Below, one piece after another: positions 55,532 to 64,000 of a stretch of DNA of 64,000 nt; within the stretch, counting starts at the first letter, position 1, and every line of letters starts with the position of its first letter. The DNA lies in contig DHOR01000028.1 of assembly GCA_002409995.1 (NCBI GenBank), positions 49,692 to 113,691 on the forward strand, written 5' to 3'. Both the position numbers and the translations under genes were made by a program. This DNA is from Hungatella sp. UBA5385. GTDB lineage: Bacteria > Bacillota > Clostridia > Lachnospirales > Lachnospiraceae. Below the pieces are notes generated by a model that saw only the letters and a list, made by a program, of their open reading frames with translations, did no database searches and was not told where the DNA came from.

Positions 55532-56770
55532 TTAACCTTTCTTTGATGATAAACGATCACTGATGATGAAGATAATCAGCGCAACAATCAGGGAATTAAT
55601 GGGTTTGATACCCCATGGGAGAAACATTCCAACCAGTGAGCCTGTAATTACAGAAATAACGGTTCCAAGGTTGAATGCTGATGTTTCTTCTTTTCCGAAT
55701 TCATAATCTTCTCTGTGAAGAAAATAATGGGCGATGATAACAACTCCCACAGGAGGGATCATTCCGCTGAGCAGATTTAAGAATCCTACAAAGTTATTAT
55801 AAAGCCACTGTGCCAGAAGAGTTCCTATAATTCCTTCCACCAGTACGAGAGGCTTCATTGGAATCTTTGCAATATTGGACCCGCCAAGTCCTGCAGTGTA
55901 GAGAGCGTTATTGTTGGTTGTCCAGATGTTTAGACCAAGGGTGATAACAGCAGGCAGTGCAAGTCCCTGAAGAATCAGGATATCAAAGATATCAGGTACA
56001 CCTGTCACTGCACCTCCAACAGCACCAAATATCATCATTACAGAGTTGCCGGCGAAAAATGCCACTACAGTTGCAGTCACTGCATTGGAAGGTGTTTTTG
56101 CAAATCTGGTAAAGTTAGGAGTTGCGGTGCCGCCTGAGATAAAGGAGCCTACAACAATGGCAATTCCGGTTGTTAATGTTATGGGAGTCTGGGGATTATC
56201 GGAGAATACATTAGCAAGTCCGCCTACTTCATTAATTCCCCAATTGACAGAATAAATTCCAAGTATGGCGATTAACGGAACGGCAATGGTTCCAAGGACT
56301 GCCAGCGCCTTTATTCCTATAAATGCTGTGCTGGTCATGACTGCGCCTGTAGCAATAATTAAAATCCACACATTAATTCCTGTCAGTTTAGCTACGGGAA
56401 TTGCAAACATAGCCACTCCTACACCAAACCAGCCGATCTGTGTGATGCTGACTAAAGCAGATGGAAGATAGGACCCTATGCTTCCGAAAGAACGTCTTGC
56501 CAGTAAATCCAGGGTCATTCCTGTCTCCTGACCGATATATCCCAGAATTCCGCAATAAATACCTAAGAATGCATTGCCCAGCAGCATAGACAGAAGGAAG
56601 TTCATTCCATTCATGCCAACTCCAAGGGTTCCTCCTGCGGTCATGCTGGGGGTAAAAAATGTAAATCCTACAAGTACAACCATAACTGAAAATAAGCCTT
56701 GTAATTTCATATGGCTGGGGACTGCTGACAGGGAATACTCCGAGTCGTGATTTTTTTCCTCTGTTTTCAT
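55532..56770 (-). CDS. codB: Cytosine permease (NCS1 family)
   Basis: The start is at MKTEEKN, after GGAGG. The protein has 12 TM segments and is CodB-like, paired with codA. Confidence 0.8.
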   Translation of the reverse strand: MKTEEKNHDSEYSLSAVPSHMKLQGLFSVMVVLVGFTFFTPSMTAGGTLGVGMNGMNFLLSMLLGNAFLGIYCGILGYIGQETGMTLDLLARRSFGSIGSYLPSALVSITQIGWFGVGVAMFAIPVAKLTGINVWILIIATGAVMTSTAFIGIKALAVLGTIAVPLIAILGIYSVNWGINEVGGLANVFSDNPQTPITLTTGIAIVVGSFISGGTATPNFTRFAKTPSNAVTATVVAFFAGNSVMMIFGAVGGAVTGVPDIFDILILQGLALPAVITLGLNIWTTNNNALYTAGLGGSNIAKIPMKPLVLVEGIIGTLLAQWLYNNFVGFLNLLSGMIPPVGVVIIAHYFLHREDYEFGKEETSAFNLGTVISVITGSLVGMFLPWGIKPINSLIVALIIFIISDRLSSKKG

Positions 56771-56828
56771 ATTTACCTCCATAATCTTTTGTTATTTGGC
56801 TCCTGACCACTGCGGCGGAGATATCCAT

Positions 56829-56866
56829 AAAAAAAGCGCAGATGCTTATAAAATGTAAGCCTACGC
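56829..56866 (-). terminator. Leader terminator/attenuator hairpin upstream of codB
   Basis: On the minus strand, GCGTAGGCTTA-CATTTTA-TAAGCATCTGCGC forms 11 bp with a 2-nt bulge, followed by TTTTTTT. It lies between the candidate promoter and the codB RBS. Confidence 0.55.
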
Positions 56867-56902
56867 CATGCAGCCTGTAAAGTGTCCGCCAAAATCTATC
56901 AT

Positions 56903-56931
56903 ATTATACCATGTGATCTTCTCTTTTCCAA
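56903..56931 (-). promoter_or_regulatory. Candidate codBA promoter (TTGGAA-17-TATAAT with TG extension)
   Basis: The minus strand reads TTGGAA aagagaagatcaca TGG TATAAT. Confidence 0.55.
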
Positions 56932-56992
56932 CTACTTTTTCAAGGTTTTTACAGAAAAAGAAACATATCTCTCTTGGTTTCATAAAATGTTA

Positions 56993-57021
56993 TTGACACT
57001 GATTCTCAATAAGAGTAGAAT
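56993..57021 (+). promoter_or_regulatory. Candidate feoAB promoter (TTGACA-17-TAGAAT) with embedded inverted repeat
   Basis: TTGACA lies at 56993..56998 and TAGAAT at 57016..57021. GATTCT-N10-AGAATC spans the spacer and the -10 element. Confidence 0.5.
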
Positions 57022-57058
57022 CTCTATGGGTGCTATAAATGTACCAGAGGAGAATATT

Positions 57059-57292
57059 ATGAAATTATACGAAGGCGAGATTGGAAAAACATATATTGTT
57101 TACAGCGTCATGGTGAAAGATGTAATTGCAAGACGCTTAGAGGCTTTGGGAGTCAATGAGATGACTCATATAACATTGTTGAATAAAAAGGGCAGCGGAA
57201 CTGTGATTATTAAGGTACGGGGAACGCGTTTGGCTCTTGGAAGAAAGATATCCGAAGGAATAGAGATAAGGGAGGCCGTCAAACATGAATGA
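57059..57292 (+). CDS. feoA: Ferrous iron transport protein A (FeoA)
   Basis: RBS AGAGGAG precedes ATG 57059, internal to ORF 56882..57292. The 77-aa product is SH3-like (LGVNEMTHITLLNK, RGTRLALGR). The gene overlaps feoB by 8 nt. Confidence 0.85.
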   Translation: MKLYEGEIGKTYIVYSVMVKDVIARRLEALGVNEMTHITLLNKKGSGTVIIKVRGTRLALGRKISEGIEIREAVKHE

Positions 57293-59282
57293 TAATAATA
57301 GAAAAATTAATGTTGCATTTGTGGGAAACCCTAACTGTGGAAAAACAACACTGTTTAATGCATTTACAGGTGCAAAGCTAAAGGTTGCAAACTGGCCCGG
57401 AGTTACGGTAGAACGGGTGGAAGGCGAGACCAGCTACAAAGGACGTCCTATCCGCGTTGTGGATACTCCAGGAATTTATAGTCTAACTTCTTATACCATA
57501 GAGGAAAAGGTGACTAGAAAATGTCTGGAGGATGAGGAGATTGATGTGATCATCAATGTAGTAGATGCCTCTTCTCTGGAACGTAATCTATATCTGACTC
57601 TTCAGCTTCTGGAGCTGAAAAAGCCTGTGATTCTTGCTCTTAATATGATGGATATTGTGGAGGAAAGGGGAATGGAGATTGACCTTCACCGTCTTCCTGA
57701 AATGCTGGGCTCCATACCGGTTGTCCCTGTGTCAGCCAGAAAACGGACAGGACTTGATGTGCTGATGCACGCAGTTGTCCATCATTATGAAGAAGGTCCT
57801 CATGGAGTTGTGGTTCATTACACTCCTAAGCTTGAGAATAAGATATCTAAGGTTATAACTGTGCTGAAAGCACATTACGGTGATATTGGTAATTTAAGAT
57901 GGCATGCCATTAAGTTCATGGAATATGATGAAGAGGTATGGAATGACCACCCCATTGATGTCAGCAATATTATTGATCATAATTATGAAAAAGAGATTAT
58001 TAATCAGAAGTATGACTATATAGAAGAGATTATCGACGAGTGTCTGATCAATAAAGAGGAAAAATCAGCCTTTACAGATAAAATTGATGAGTTTTTCACT
58101 CACCCTGTCTGGGGGATTCCTATATTTTTGGGGATTATGGCACTTGTATTCTTCCTTACTTTTACAGTGGGAGATTTCTTAAAAGGGTATTTTGAAGTTG
58201 CCCTTGATGTGTTTTCAGGATATATGCTGGAAATTCTTCAGGGTATCCACGCTGCTGACTGGATTACTTCTCTGGTAGTGGATGGTATTGTAGCAGGTGT
58301 AGGTGGAATACTTACCTTTCTGCCTAATATATTTATATTGTTTCTTGCACTTGCATTTTTGGAAGACAGCGGTTATATGGCAAGAGTTGCCTATGTTATG
58401 AATGAGGTTATGGGCAAGGTGGGTCTGTCCGGCAAGGCATTTCTGCCTATGCTTCTGGGATTTGGCTGTACAGTGCCTGCAGTTATGGCTACCAGATCAC
58501 TTCCTAGTGTGAAGGATAGAAGAAGGACCATTCTAATTACTCCTTTTATGTCCTGTTCAGCCAAGCTGCCAATATATGTCCTGTTTTCAGGAATGTTTTT
58601 CCCGAACCATTCTCTGATTGTGGCTTATTCTCTCTATTTAATCGGACTTGTTGTGGCAATTGTTGTTGCCTATATCAGCCATCGAATGGCAAAGGGAGAG
58701 GAAGAGGATACTCTCCTCATCGAGCTTCCGGAGTACAAGACTCCCAATGGAAGAACGGTTGCTATCTATGTATGGGATAAAGTAAAGGATTACTTAAGCA
58801 AGGCAGGAACTACTATTTTCCTTGCCTCCATTGTGTTATGGTTTGTATTAAATACAGGAACAAGTGGATTTGTCAGTGATGTAACAGACAGCTTTGCAGC
58901 CATGATCGGCCGTGTTCTGGTGCCTGTGTTAAAGCCGGCAGGTTTGGGAGACTGGAGAATTGCAGTTGCCCTTATATCCGGGCTTTCTGCTAAGGAAGTG
59001 GTTGTGTCCAGCTTCTCTGTTTTATTTGGAATTAATAACATTAATTCTGCAGGGGGGATGTCAGAGCTTCTGGGGACTTTGGGTACCGTTGGATTTGGTG
59101 GACTTAATGCTTATGCGCTGATGATTTTCTGCCTGTTATATTCACCATGTATTGCAGCCATTGCAACTATTAAACGTGAGACAGGTTCTCTGCGTTTTAC
59201 AGTTTTAATGGTGCTGTTTCAGCTGGCTGTGGCATGGGCAGGAGCTGCTCTGGTATTCCAGATTGGAAGTTTATTATTTTAA
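57285..59282 (+). CDS. feoB: Ferrous iron transporter FeoB
   Basis: The N-terminal G-domain has GNPNCGKTTLFN and DTPG motifs, followed by a polytopic C-terminal domain. Confidence 0.95.
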   Translation: MNDNNRKINVAFVGNPNCGKTTLFNAFTGAKLKVANWPGVTVERVEGETSYKGRPIRVVDTPGIYSLTSYTIEEKVTRKCLEDEEIDVIINVVDASSLERNLYLTLQLLELKKPVILALNMMDIVEERGMEIDLHRLPEMLGSIPVVPVSARKRTGLDVLMHAVVHHYEEGPHGVVVHYTPKLENKISKVITVLKAHYGDIGNLRWHAIKFMEYDEEVWNDHPIDVSNIIDHNYEKEIINQKYDYIEEIIDECLINKEEKSAFTDKIDEFFTHPVWGIPIFLGIMALVFFLTFTVGDFLKGYFEVALDVFSGYMLEILQGIHAADWITSLVVDGIVAGVGGILTFLPNIFILFLALAFLEDSGYMARVAYVMNEVMGKVGLSGKAFLPMLLGFGCTVPAVMATRSLPSVKDRRRTILITPFMSCSAKLPIYVLFSGMFFPNHSLIVAYSLYLIGLVVAIVVAYISHRMAKGEEEDTLLIELPEYKTPNGRTVAIYVWDKVKDYLSKAGTTIFLASIVLWFVLNTGTSGFVSDVTDSFAAMIGRVLVPVLKPAGLGDWRIAVALISGLSAKEVVVSSFSVLFGINNINSAGGMSELLGTLGTVGFGGLNAYALMIFCLLYSPCIAAIATIKRETGSLRFTVLMVLFQLAVAWAGAALVFQIGSLLF

Positions 59283-59299
59283 TGATGGAGATTGTATAA

Positions 59300-60073
59300 A
59301 TGAATGATAAGCTGCTTGTAGAAACGGCTGTGCTGGCAGGAGAGATAATGCTGGTAAGCGGTGCTGAAATTTACCGGGTGGAGGATACCATCAACCGAAT
59401 TATGAGGAAAGCAGGGAAGGAGACGGCAGAGGCTATTGTTTTCTCTACCGGTATCTTTGCTTCTTTAAATGATCCTTCTATTGAGGCCATTACAGTAGCC
59501 CGCAGGGTTAACGGCTGGTCTGCCAACTTAAACAGGGTCTATCTGGTCAATGATGTATCCAGAAAGTTATGCAGTGACAGTATCACTGTAGAAGAGGCTT
59601 ACAGCAGATTAAAGGAAATTAAAAATACAGTCCAGTACCGCCCGGGAGTAAAGAACATCGGAGTTGTTGGTGTGGCTGTGTTCTTTACCCTTCTTCTGGG
59701 CGGCGTGGTGAAGGACTGTCTGGCAGCAGCAGTGACTGGGGCAATACTGGCAGCAGCTATGGAGCTATCCCGGAGAATCCGTTTAAATGACTTCTGTGTC
59801 AATGGATTATGTGCGTTTTTAATTGCTGTATCAACTCTTGTGATGGGGCAGTGGATATTCCCTGGGATAAAGACTGATATTATTATAATCGGAGCCATTA
59901 TGCCTCTTGTGCCTGGAGTGATTTTTACCACTGCAATCAGGGATACTCTCAATGGGGACTATGCCTCAGGCACTGCCAGAATTATGGAGGCAGTGGTGGT
60001 TGCCCTTGCAGTAGCTGCAGGTGTGGGCGCAGGTATGGGATTGTTTCAGTGGATAGTGGGAGGTGGTTTATGA
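59300..60073 (+). CDS. Threonine/serine exporter family protein (ThrE / DUF1212 part)
   Basis: The N-terminus is LLVETAVLAGEIMLVSGAEIYRVEDTI, followed by five TM segments. Confidence 0.75.
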   Translation: MNDKLLVETAVLAGEIMLVSGAEIYRVEDTINRIMRKAGKETAEAIVFSTGIFASLNDPSIEAITVARRVNGWSANLNRVYLVNDVSRKLCSDSITVEEAYSRLKEIKNTVQYRPGVKNIGVVGVAVFFTLLLGGVVKDCLAAAVTGAILAAAMELSRRIRLNDFCVNGLCAFLIAVSTLVMGQWIFPGIKTDIIIIGAIMPLVPGVIFTTAIRDTLNGDYASGTARIMEAVVVALAVAAGVGAGMGLFQWIVGGGL

Positions 60074-60492
60074 TGTTATTACAGACAGTGGGGGCATTTC
60101 TTGCAGTCATCAGTTTCGCCCTGATTCTGGAGCTTCCTAAAAAATATGTGCTGCTGGCAGGTGGAATCGGTGCTGCCGGCTGGCTGGTCTTTCTGCTGGT
60201 GAGGGAGTTTTCCGGTTCTGTCATAGCGGCTTCCTTTGTTTCCAGCATGGTGGTTGCATTATCCAGCCATATTTCTGCAAGAATCTGTAAGGCACCGGTT
60301 ACTGTATTTCTTGTGGCGGGAATTCTTCCTTCTGTTCCCGGTACTTCCATTTACAGAAGTGTATCTTATATGATTGGAAGTAATCCGGAACTTTCCAGTC
60401 ATTATCTTGTGGAAACCCTACAGATTGCAGGAGCCATTGCTATGGCTATATTTATTATGGATTCTCTGTTCCGATTGGGGCAGAGGAATTAA
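60070..60492 (+). CDS. Threonine/serine exporter family protein (ThrE_2 / DUF3815 part)
   Basis: ATGATG overlaps the upstream stop. The 140-aa protein has four TM segments and is the typical partner of the preceding gene. Confidence 0.7.
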   Translation: MMLLQTVGAFLAVISFALILELPKKYVLLAGGIGAAGWLVFLLVREFSGSVIAASFVSSMVVALSSHISARICKAPVTVFLVAGILPSVPGTSIYRSVSYMIGSNPELSSHYLVETLQIAGAIAMAIFIMDSLFRLGQRN

Positions 60493-61420
60493 AGGCAATG
60501 GAGAGACGGTCTTCAGCCATAGAGTAATAATACAGATGATTGGACAGGTGATCCTCTACAGGAACCTCTTCCTCATTGATTCTGCAGATCATATTGCTGA
60601 TATCTCTGTAGGAAAGCCCTTCGCTGTTGGGGATAATAAGGACTTCGTGAATGCTGGAAGGCAGGATTAATAAATCCTGTCCAAGTGAGGCTGCGAAGTC
60701 TTTTAATATACCCTCATAGCAAATACAGCTGGCTCCGTAAAGCCCTGACCGATTGGTGAGAACATAAAAAGGAGATTCCCAACCGGTATCCTGAAGAACA
60801 TGATCAAGATCCTGCTCATTATACTCAGTTCCCATAGCTTCCGCTGTCATTTCCTTAAGCACTTCTGTCATTGTCCGGATTCTGGCAGGAAACAGCCAGG
60901 GAGTATTGATTCTGGCAGAGGCAAGAAGGTCTTCTGCCTTCAGATTCCACAGGGTAAGCTGACTGTTTTTGATCATTGCAGAGTACTGACCATTATCATC
61001 TTCACCCAGAATCAGATAGAATACAAGGACAAGGTCCAGGCCTGGTAAGGACATATGGGGAACCTCAGCAAGAATGGCTCTGTTAGCTGGTTCATTGATC
61101 AGCCGATAGATAATTCTGCTCTCTGCAAATTCCACAGACTGCAGCGCCTTTCTCTCAATTTCAGGCGGAAAACAGCTGGTCTCATAGAGATTTACAATGT
61201 CTGTTAGAATGTCATTCATAGACATTCCATTTTCATAGGCAGTGTAATAGCTGTTTAGGTAGATGGTGGGGATTGCTTCCTGAGTGGAAGTCCCAATGCA
61301 GAGCCCATCCAGTGTGAGACCGTTATTCTTGGGGATGGGGTGTGTGATAACTGAATATTCTTCCCCAAGACGGGACTGAAGGGAAGTCTTTACAGTTTCT
61401 AGAAATGTGTTGTATACCAT
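60455..61420 (-). CDS. Hypothetical protein, DUF5688-like
   Basis: RBS is AAGGAGG. The N-terminus FLETVKTSLQSRLGEEYSVITHPIPKNNGLTLDGLCI matches my recollection of DUF5688. The 3' end overlaps the convergent exporter gene by 38 nt. Confidence 0.5.
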   Translation of the reverse strand: MVYNTFLETVKTSLQSRLGEEYSVITHPIPKNNGLTLDGLCIGTSTQEAIPTIYLNSYYTAYENGMSMNDILTDIVNLYETSCFPPEIERKALQSVEFAESRIIYRLINEPANRAILAEVPHMSLPGLDLVLVFYLILGEDDNGQYSAMIKNSQLTLWNLKAEDLLASARINTPWLFPARIRTMTEVLKEMTAEAMGTEYNEQDLDHVLQDTGWESPFYVLTNRSGLYGASCICYEGILKDFAASLGQDLLILPSSIHEVLIIPNSEGLSYRDISNMICRINEEEVPVEDHLSNHLYYYSMAEDRLSIAFNSSAPIGTENP

Positions 61421-61720
61421 AGATGTGTATACCTCCTTAAGATATGATTTATGTAAACCATACTGAATATAAAAGCAGAGTATGGTAGTACAAACTTAAT
61501 TTTTTAATGAAGGGAATTGTATTCCTGAGGTGGAACAGTTGATTTGAAAAACAAGTTAATTATCTGTTTTTTAATTATACATGTTGGAAGGGAAAATGAC
61601 AATGGTTTTTTAAAGATATTTAGAAATAATATTTAAATAAATAAAAGAAAAAACTAACAATATAATGGATAAATTTGGTATAATGTTGGCATAACACATA
61701 AGAAAGATTGAAGGGCGCAT

Positions 61721-62677
61721 ATGGCATATTCAAAAAGAGCAACAATTAAAACAATTGCAAAAGAAGCGAATTTGACAGCGAATACAGTTTCTTTGGCATT
61801 GAGAGATTCTCCCCTGGTTAAGCCAGAGACCAAACAGCTAATAATAGAGATTGCAGAAAGGCAGGGGTATGTACCTAATGTGACAGCAGAATCACTTAGA
61901 CTGGGACATAGTAAGCTAATCGCATTGATATTTGGAGATATAGGGAATCCCCTTTTTGCTATTAAAACAAAAAAAATAGAGGATGCTTTGAGAAAATGTG
62001 GTTATCAAGTAATGATTATGGATACAGATGAGGATCTTCAACAGGAGATTGCCGTAGTACGCAGTGCTATCGGACGGAAGGTGGACGGTGTGGTATTATG
62101 TCCATGTCAGAAGGGCCGAGAGGCGTTGGATTTGATGAAGCAGCATAAGGTTCCCTGCGTTTTAGTAGGTAGAAGTATGGAAGATGGGCTGGAAGATAGT
62201 GTGGTTTGGGATAATTATCGAGGTGGACAAGTGGCTACAGAGCATTTAATTTCGCTGGGATGTAAAAGAATTTTGTGTTTGCTTGGCCCTAAGGAAATTT
62301 CTACTTCTCATGAGAGACAGGCTGGATATCAGGCTGCTTTGAGAGAAGCGAATCTTCCTGTCTTAGATGAACTGCAGATTAGAGTGGAGCGGGATCGGGT
62401 TGTTGATGCGTTGAAAAAACAGAGGGAGCCCTTTGATGGAATATTTGCCTTCAGTGATCTTTATGCATGGGAGGCTGCTGCTTGCCTTCAGAAAGAAGTC
62501 CCTATTATAGGCTATGATAATGTGAAAAGTTCATTAACACTTCCGTTTTCCATTCCGACAGTTGCTGCTGATCTGGATAAAGAAACAGAGTATATTGTGG
62601 ATTTTTTGCTGAAACGAATCGAAGAATTTGATCGACCTGTATCTAAAAAGACGTTACCTGTAAATGTTGTTTTATGA
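61721..62677 (+). CDS. LacI-family transcriptional regulator
   Basis: The N-terminal HTH is TIKTIAKEANLTANTVSLALRD, followed by a PBP-type effector domain. Confidence 0.85.
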   Translation: MAYSKRATIKTIAKEANLTANTVSLALRDSPLVKPETKQLIIEIAERQGYVPNVTAESLRLGHSKLIALIFGDIGNPLFAIKTKKIEDALRKCGYQVMIMDTDEDLQQEIAVVRSAIGRKVDGVVLCPCQKGREALDLMKQHKVPCVLVGRSMEDGLEDSVVWDNYRGGQVATEHLISLGCKRILCLLGPKEISTSHERQAGYQAALREANLPVLDELQIRVERDRVVDALKKQREPFDGIFAFSDLYAWEAAACLQKEVPIIGYDNVKSSLTLPFSIPTVAADLDKETEYIVDFLLKRIEEFDRPVSKKTLPVNVVL

Positions 62678-62696
62678 TTTGTAAAATAATATGTGA

Positions 62697-62758
62697 AAAT
62701 TCCTGTTATGGGAGAGAAACCAGTTTTTGGTTTTTATCCTATAACAGGAATTTTTTTA
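62697..62758 (+). terminator. Rho-independent terminator
   Basis: AAATTCCTGTTATGGGA ... TCCTATAACAGGAATTT form a stem followed by TTTT. Confidence 0.8.
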
Positions 62759-62790
62759 TTAAAAAATTCTTTAAAATTATAAGAAAGTAA

Positions 62791-62819
62791 TTGACATTAC
62801 GTGTATGTGAGGCTATAAT
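62791..62819 (+). promoter_or_regulatory. Consensus sigma-70 promoter (TTGACA-17-TATAAT) of the downstream ABC operon
   Basis: TTGACA lies at 62791..62796 and TATAAT at 62814..62819. Confidence 0.7.
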
Positions 62820-62825
62820 AAAGTC

Positions 62826-62843
62826 AATATTAACGTTAATATT
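62826..62843. promoter_or_regulatory. Perfect 18-bp palindrome, candidate LacI-family operator
   Basis: AATATTAACGTTAATATT is centred on CG and starts 7 nt downstream of the -10 element. Confidence 0.65.
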
Positions 62844-62867
62844 CAGAATATTAAGGGGGTTGAGGCA

Positions 62868-63749
62868 ATGAAGTCTAAAAGAAGAGAGGCTATATTTGGC
62901 TGGGGGATTTTATTTCCTGCAATGGTTATCTTAGCTATACTTTTTATAAAACCATTGCTGGATCTGTTAACAACCAGTTTGACAAATCAGAATTTGTTAA
63001 GGCCAGACAGATTGGAATTTGTTGGATTGGGTAACTATATTCAGATGTTTAAGAACAGGGATTTCTGGGACTCTTTAAAACGGTCGGTTATTTTTACATC
63101 TTCTGTTACTGTATGTTCGATTGTCATCAGCATGTTGGTTGCATTGCTAATGGATATGGAATTTCTGTTAAAGAGGTTTTTGTTTGCCTTATTATTACTT
63201 CCCTGGGTCACTTCATTTATGTCTTCAGCGTTTGCCTTTACTTTAATGTATGATTATTCCTATGGTGTGTTTAACTACATAATGAGCGATGTGCTGCATA
63301 TTGCAGAAGCTCAGAACTGGCTGGGACAGTTAAATACTGCAATGTTTTCTGTAATAGTAGTATCTACCTGGCATTTTCTCCCGTTTTCCATTTTGGTTCT
63401 TTCTAATGCACTGAAACAGGTACCTTTGGAGTTGATTGAAAGTGCCAATATGGATGGAGCCAGCGGTATCCAGAAATTTTTCTTTATCAAGATGCCACTT
63501 ATGAAATCTGCAATTATTACATTGGTAATCGTTCGCATTGCGGCAGCCTTTAAAATGTTTGATTCTATTTTTCTTCTGACAAAAGGAGGTCCTGGTGATG
63601 CAACTACTACATTGCCACTTTGGTATTATCAGATGGGATTTCAGGCATTCCGCTCTGGGATGGGAGCTGCAATAGGAGTGGTGCTTGTAATATTAGTACT
63701 GATTGTTTATTTTATATTAATAAAATTATTTGGTGAGGATGCTGTATGA
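62868..63749 (+). CDS. CUT1 sugar ABC permease (MalF-type)
   Basis: RBS is AAGGGGG. Six TM segments are predicted. The EAA loop is ESANMDGASGIQKFFFIKMP. Confidence 0.85.
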   Translation: MKSKRREAIFGWGILFPAMVILAILFIKPLLDLLTTSLTNQNLLRPDRLEFVGLGNYIQMFKNRDFWDSLKRSVIFTSSVTVCSIVISMLVALLMDMEFLLKRFLFALLLLPWVTSFMSSAFAFTLMYDYSYGVFNYIMSDVLHIAEAQNWLGQLNTAMFSVIVVSTWHFLPFSILVLSNALKQVPLELIESANMDGASGIQKFFFIKMPLMKSAIITLVIVRIAAAFKMFDSIFLLTKGGPGDATTTLPLWYYQMGFQAFRSGMGAAIGVVLVILVLIVYFILIKLFGEDAV

Positions 63750-64000
63750 ATAATATGCAAATAAAAAGAAAAGGCAAACGGATATTACGAATTGTGGGTG
63801 CATGGCTTGTAGTTATGATTATCATTTTTCCTATTTATTGGATCGGTCTGACCTCCATACGTCCAGTTGATGAGATATTAACATATCCGCCCCGTTTCTT
63901 TCCTGATGTGAAAACGGTTTCGCTGGATCACTATAAGACTGTTTTAAGCGGAAAGATCGGCAGTTCAACCAATCAATATGGACTTCCTACTTTTTTCATG
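63746..64000 (+). CDS. CUT1 sugar ABC permease (MalG-type), 3'-truncated by window edge
   Basis: An ATGA overlap joins it to the upstream stop. It reads MNNMQIKRKGKRILRIVGAWLVVMIIIFPIYWIGLTSIRP... and is open to base 64000. Confidence 0.75.
   Translation, partial: MNNMQIKRKGKRILRIVGAWLVVMIIIFPIYWIGLTSIRPVDEILTYPPRFFPDVKTVSLDHYKTVLSGKIGSSTNQYGLPTFFM

Noticed and set aside
1-64000. CRISPR arrays, IS elements, prophage or known defence-system genes
   Set aside because: I saw no regularly spaced repeats. I also saw no transposase, integrase, recombinase, restriction, Cas or phage structural motifs in any listed ORF or intergenic region. This is a visual scan only and is not exhaustive.

Overview
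This is a 64-kb chromosomal window from a low-GC Gram-positive anaerobe. Gene content suggests Clostridia, probably Lachnospiraceae-like, but that is inference: a Csp-type germination protease homologue, a YesM/YesN-type two-component system, CUT1 sugar ABC systems served by an orphan MsmK-type ATPase, and lipoprotein-anchored binding proteins. All homology calls were made by eye from the supplied translations, with no database search. I support about 55 protein genes and one tRNA-Gln(CUG). I saw no rRNA, CRISPR array, transposase, integrase or phage genes. Most of the window is carbohydrate uptake and catabolism: an RbsC/RbsB-like ABC system, an orphan TRAP binding protein, two GH2 glycosidases, a CdaR-GntP-glycerate kinase module, a YesMN-controlled CUT1 system and a LacI-controlled CUT1 system. 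Housekeeping genes make up the rest: ftsEX with M23 and S41 peptidases, uvrB with a LexA-type box, codBA, feoAB, a ThrE-family pair, a PLD/cardiolipin-synthase-like gene and a threonine aldolase. The best candidate for an undescribed system lies at 11968..21722. There, a form IV RuBisCO-like protein is co-operonic with TIM-like and RpiB-like isomerases. This operon is divergent from a galactitol-family PTS that carries its own ptsI and ptsH, a DeoR regulator, and a class II aldolase whose C-terminal tail resembles a microcompartment encapsulation peptide. Other notable points are listed below.
- A sigma-54-activator-like regulator has lost every ATPase and sigma-54-contact motif, and it sits upstream of a consensus sigma-70 promoter.
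- The alanine/cation symporter gene appears internally deleted and frameshifted.
- A Csp-like subtilase carries Gly at the catalytic Ser position.
- A C-rich, G-poor leader with long hairpins precedes ftsE.
- A terminator-containing leader precedes codBA.
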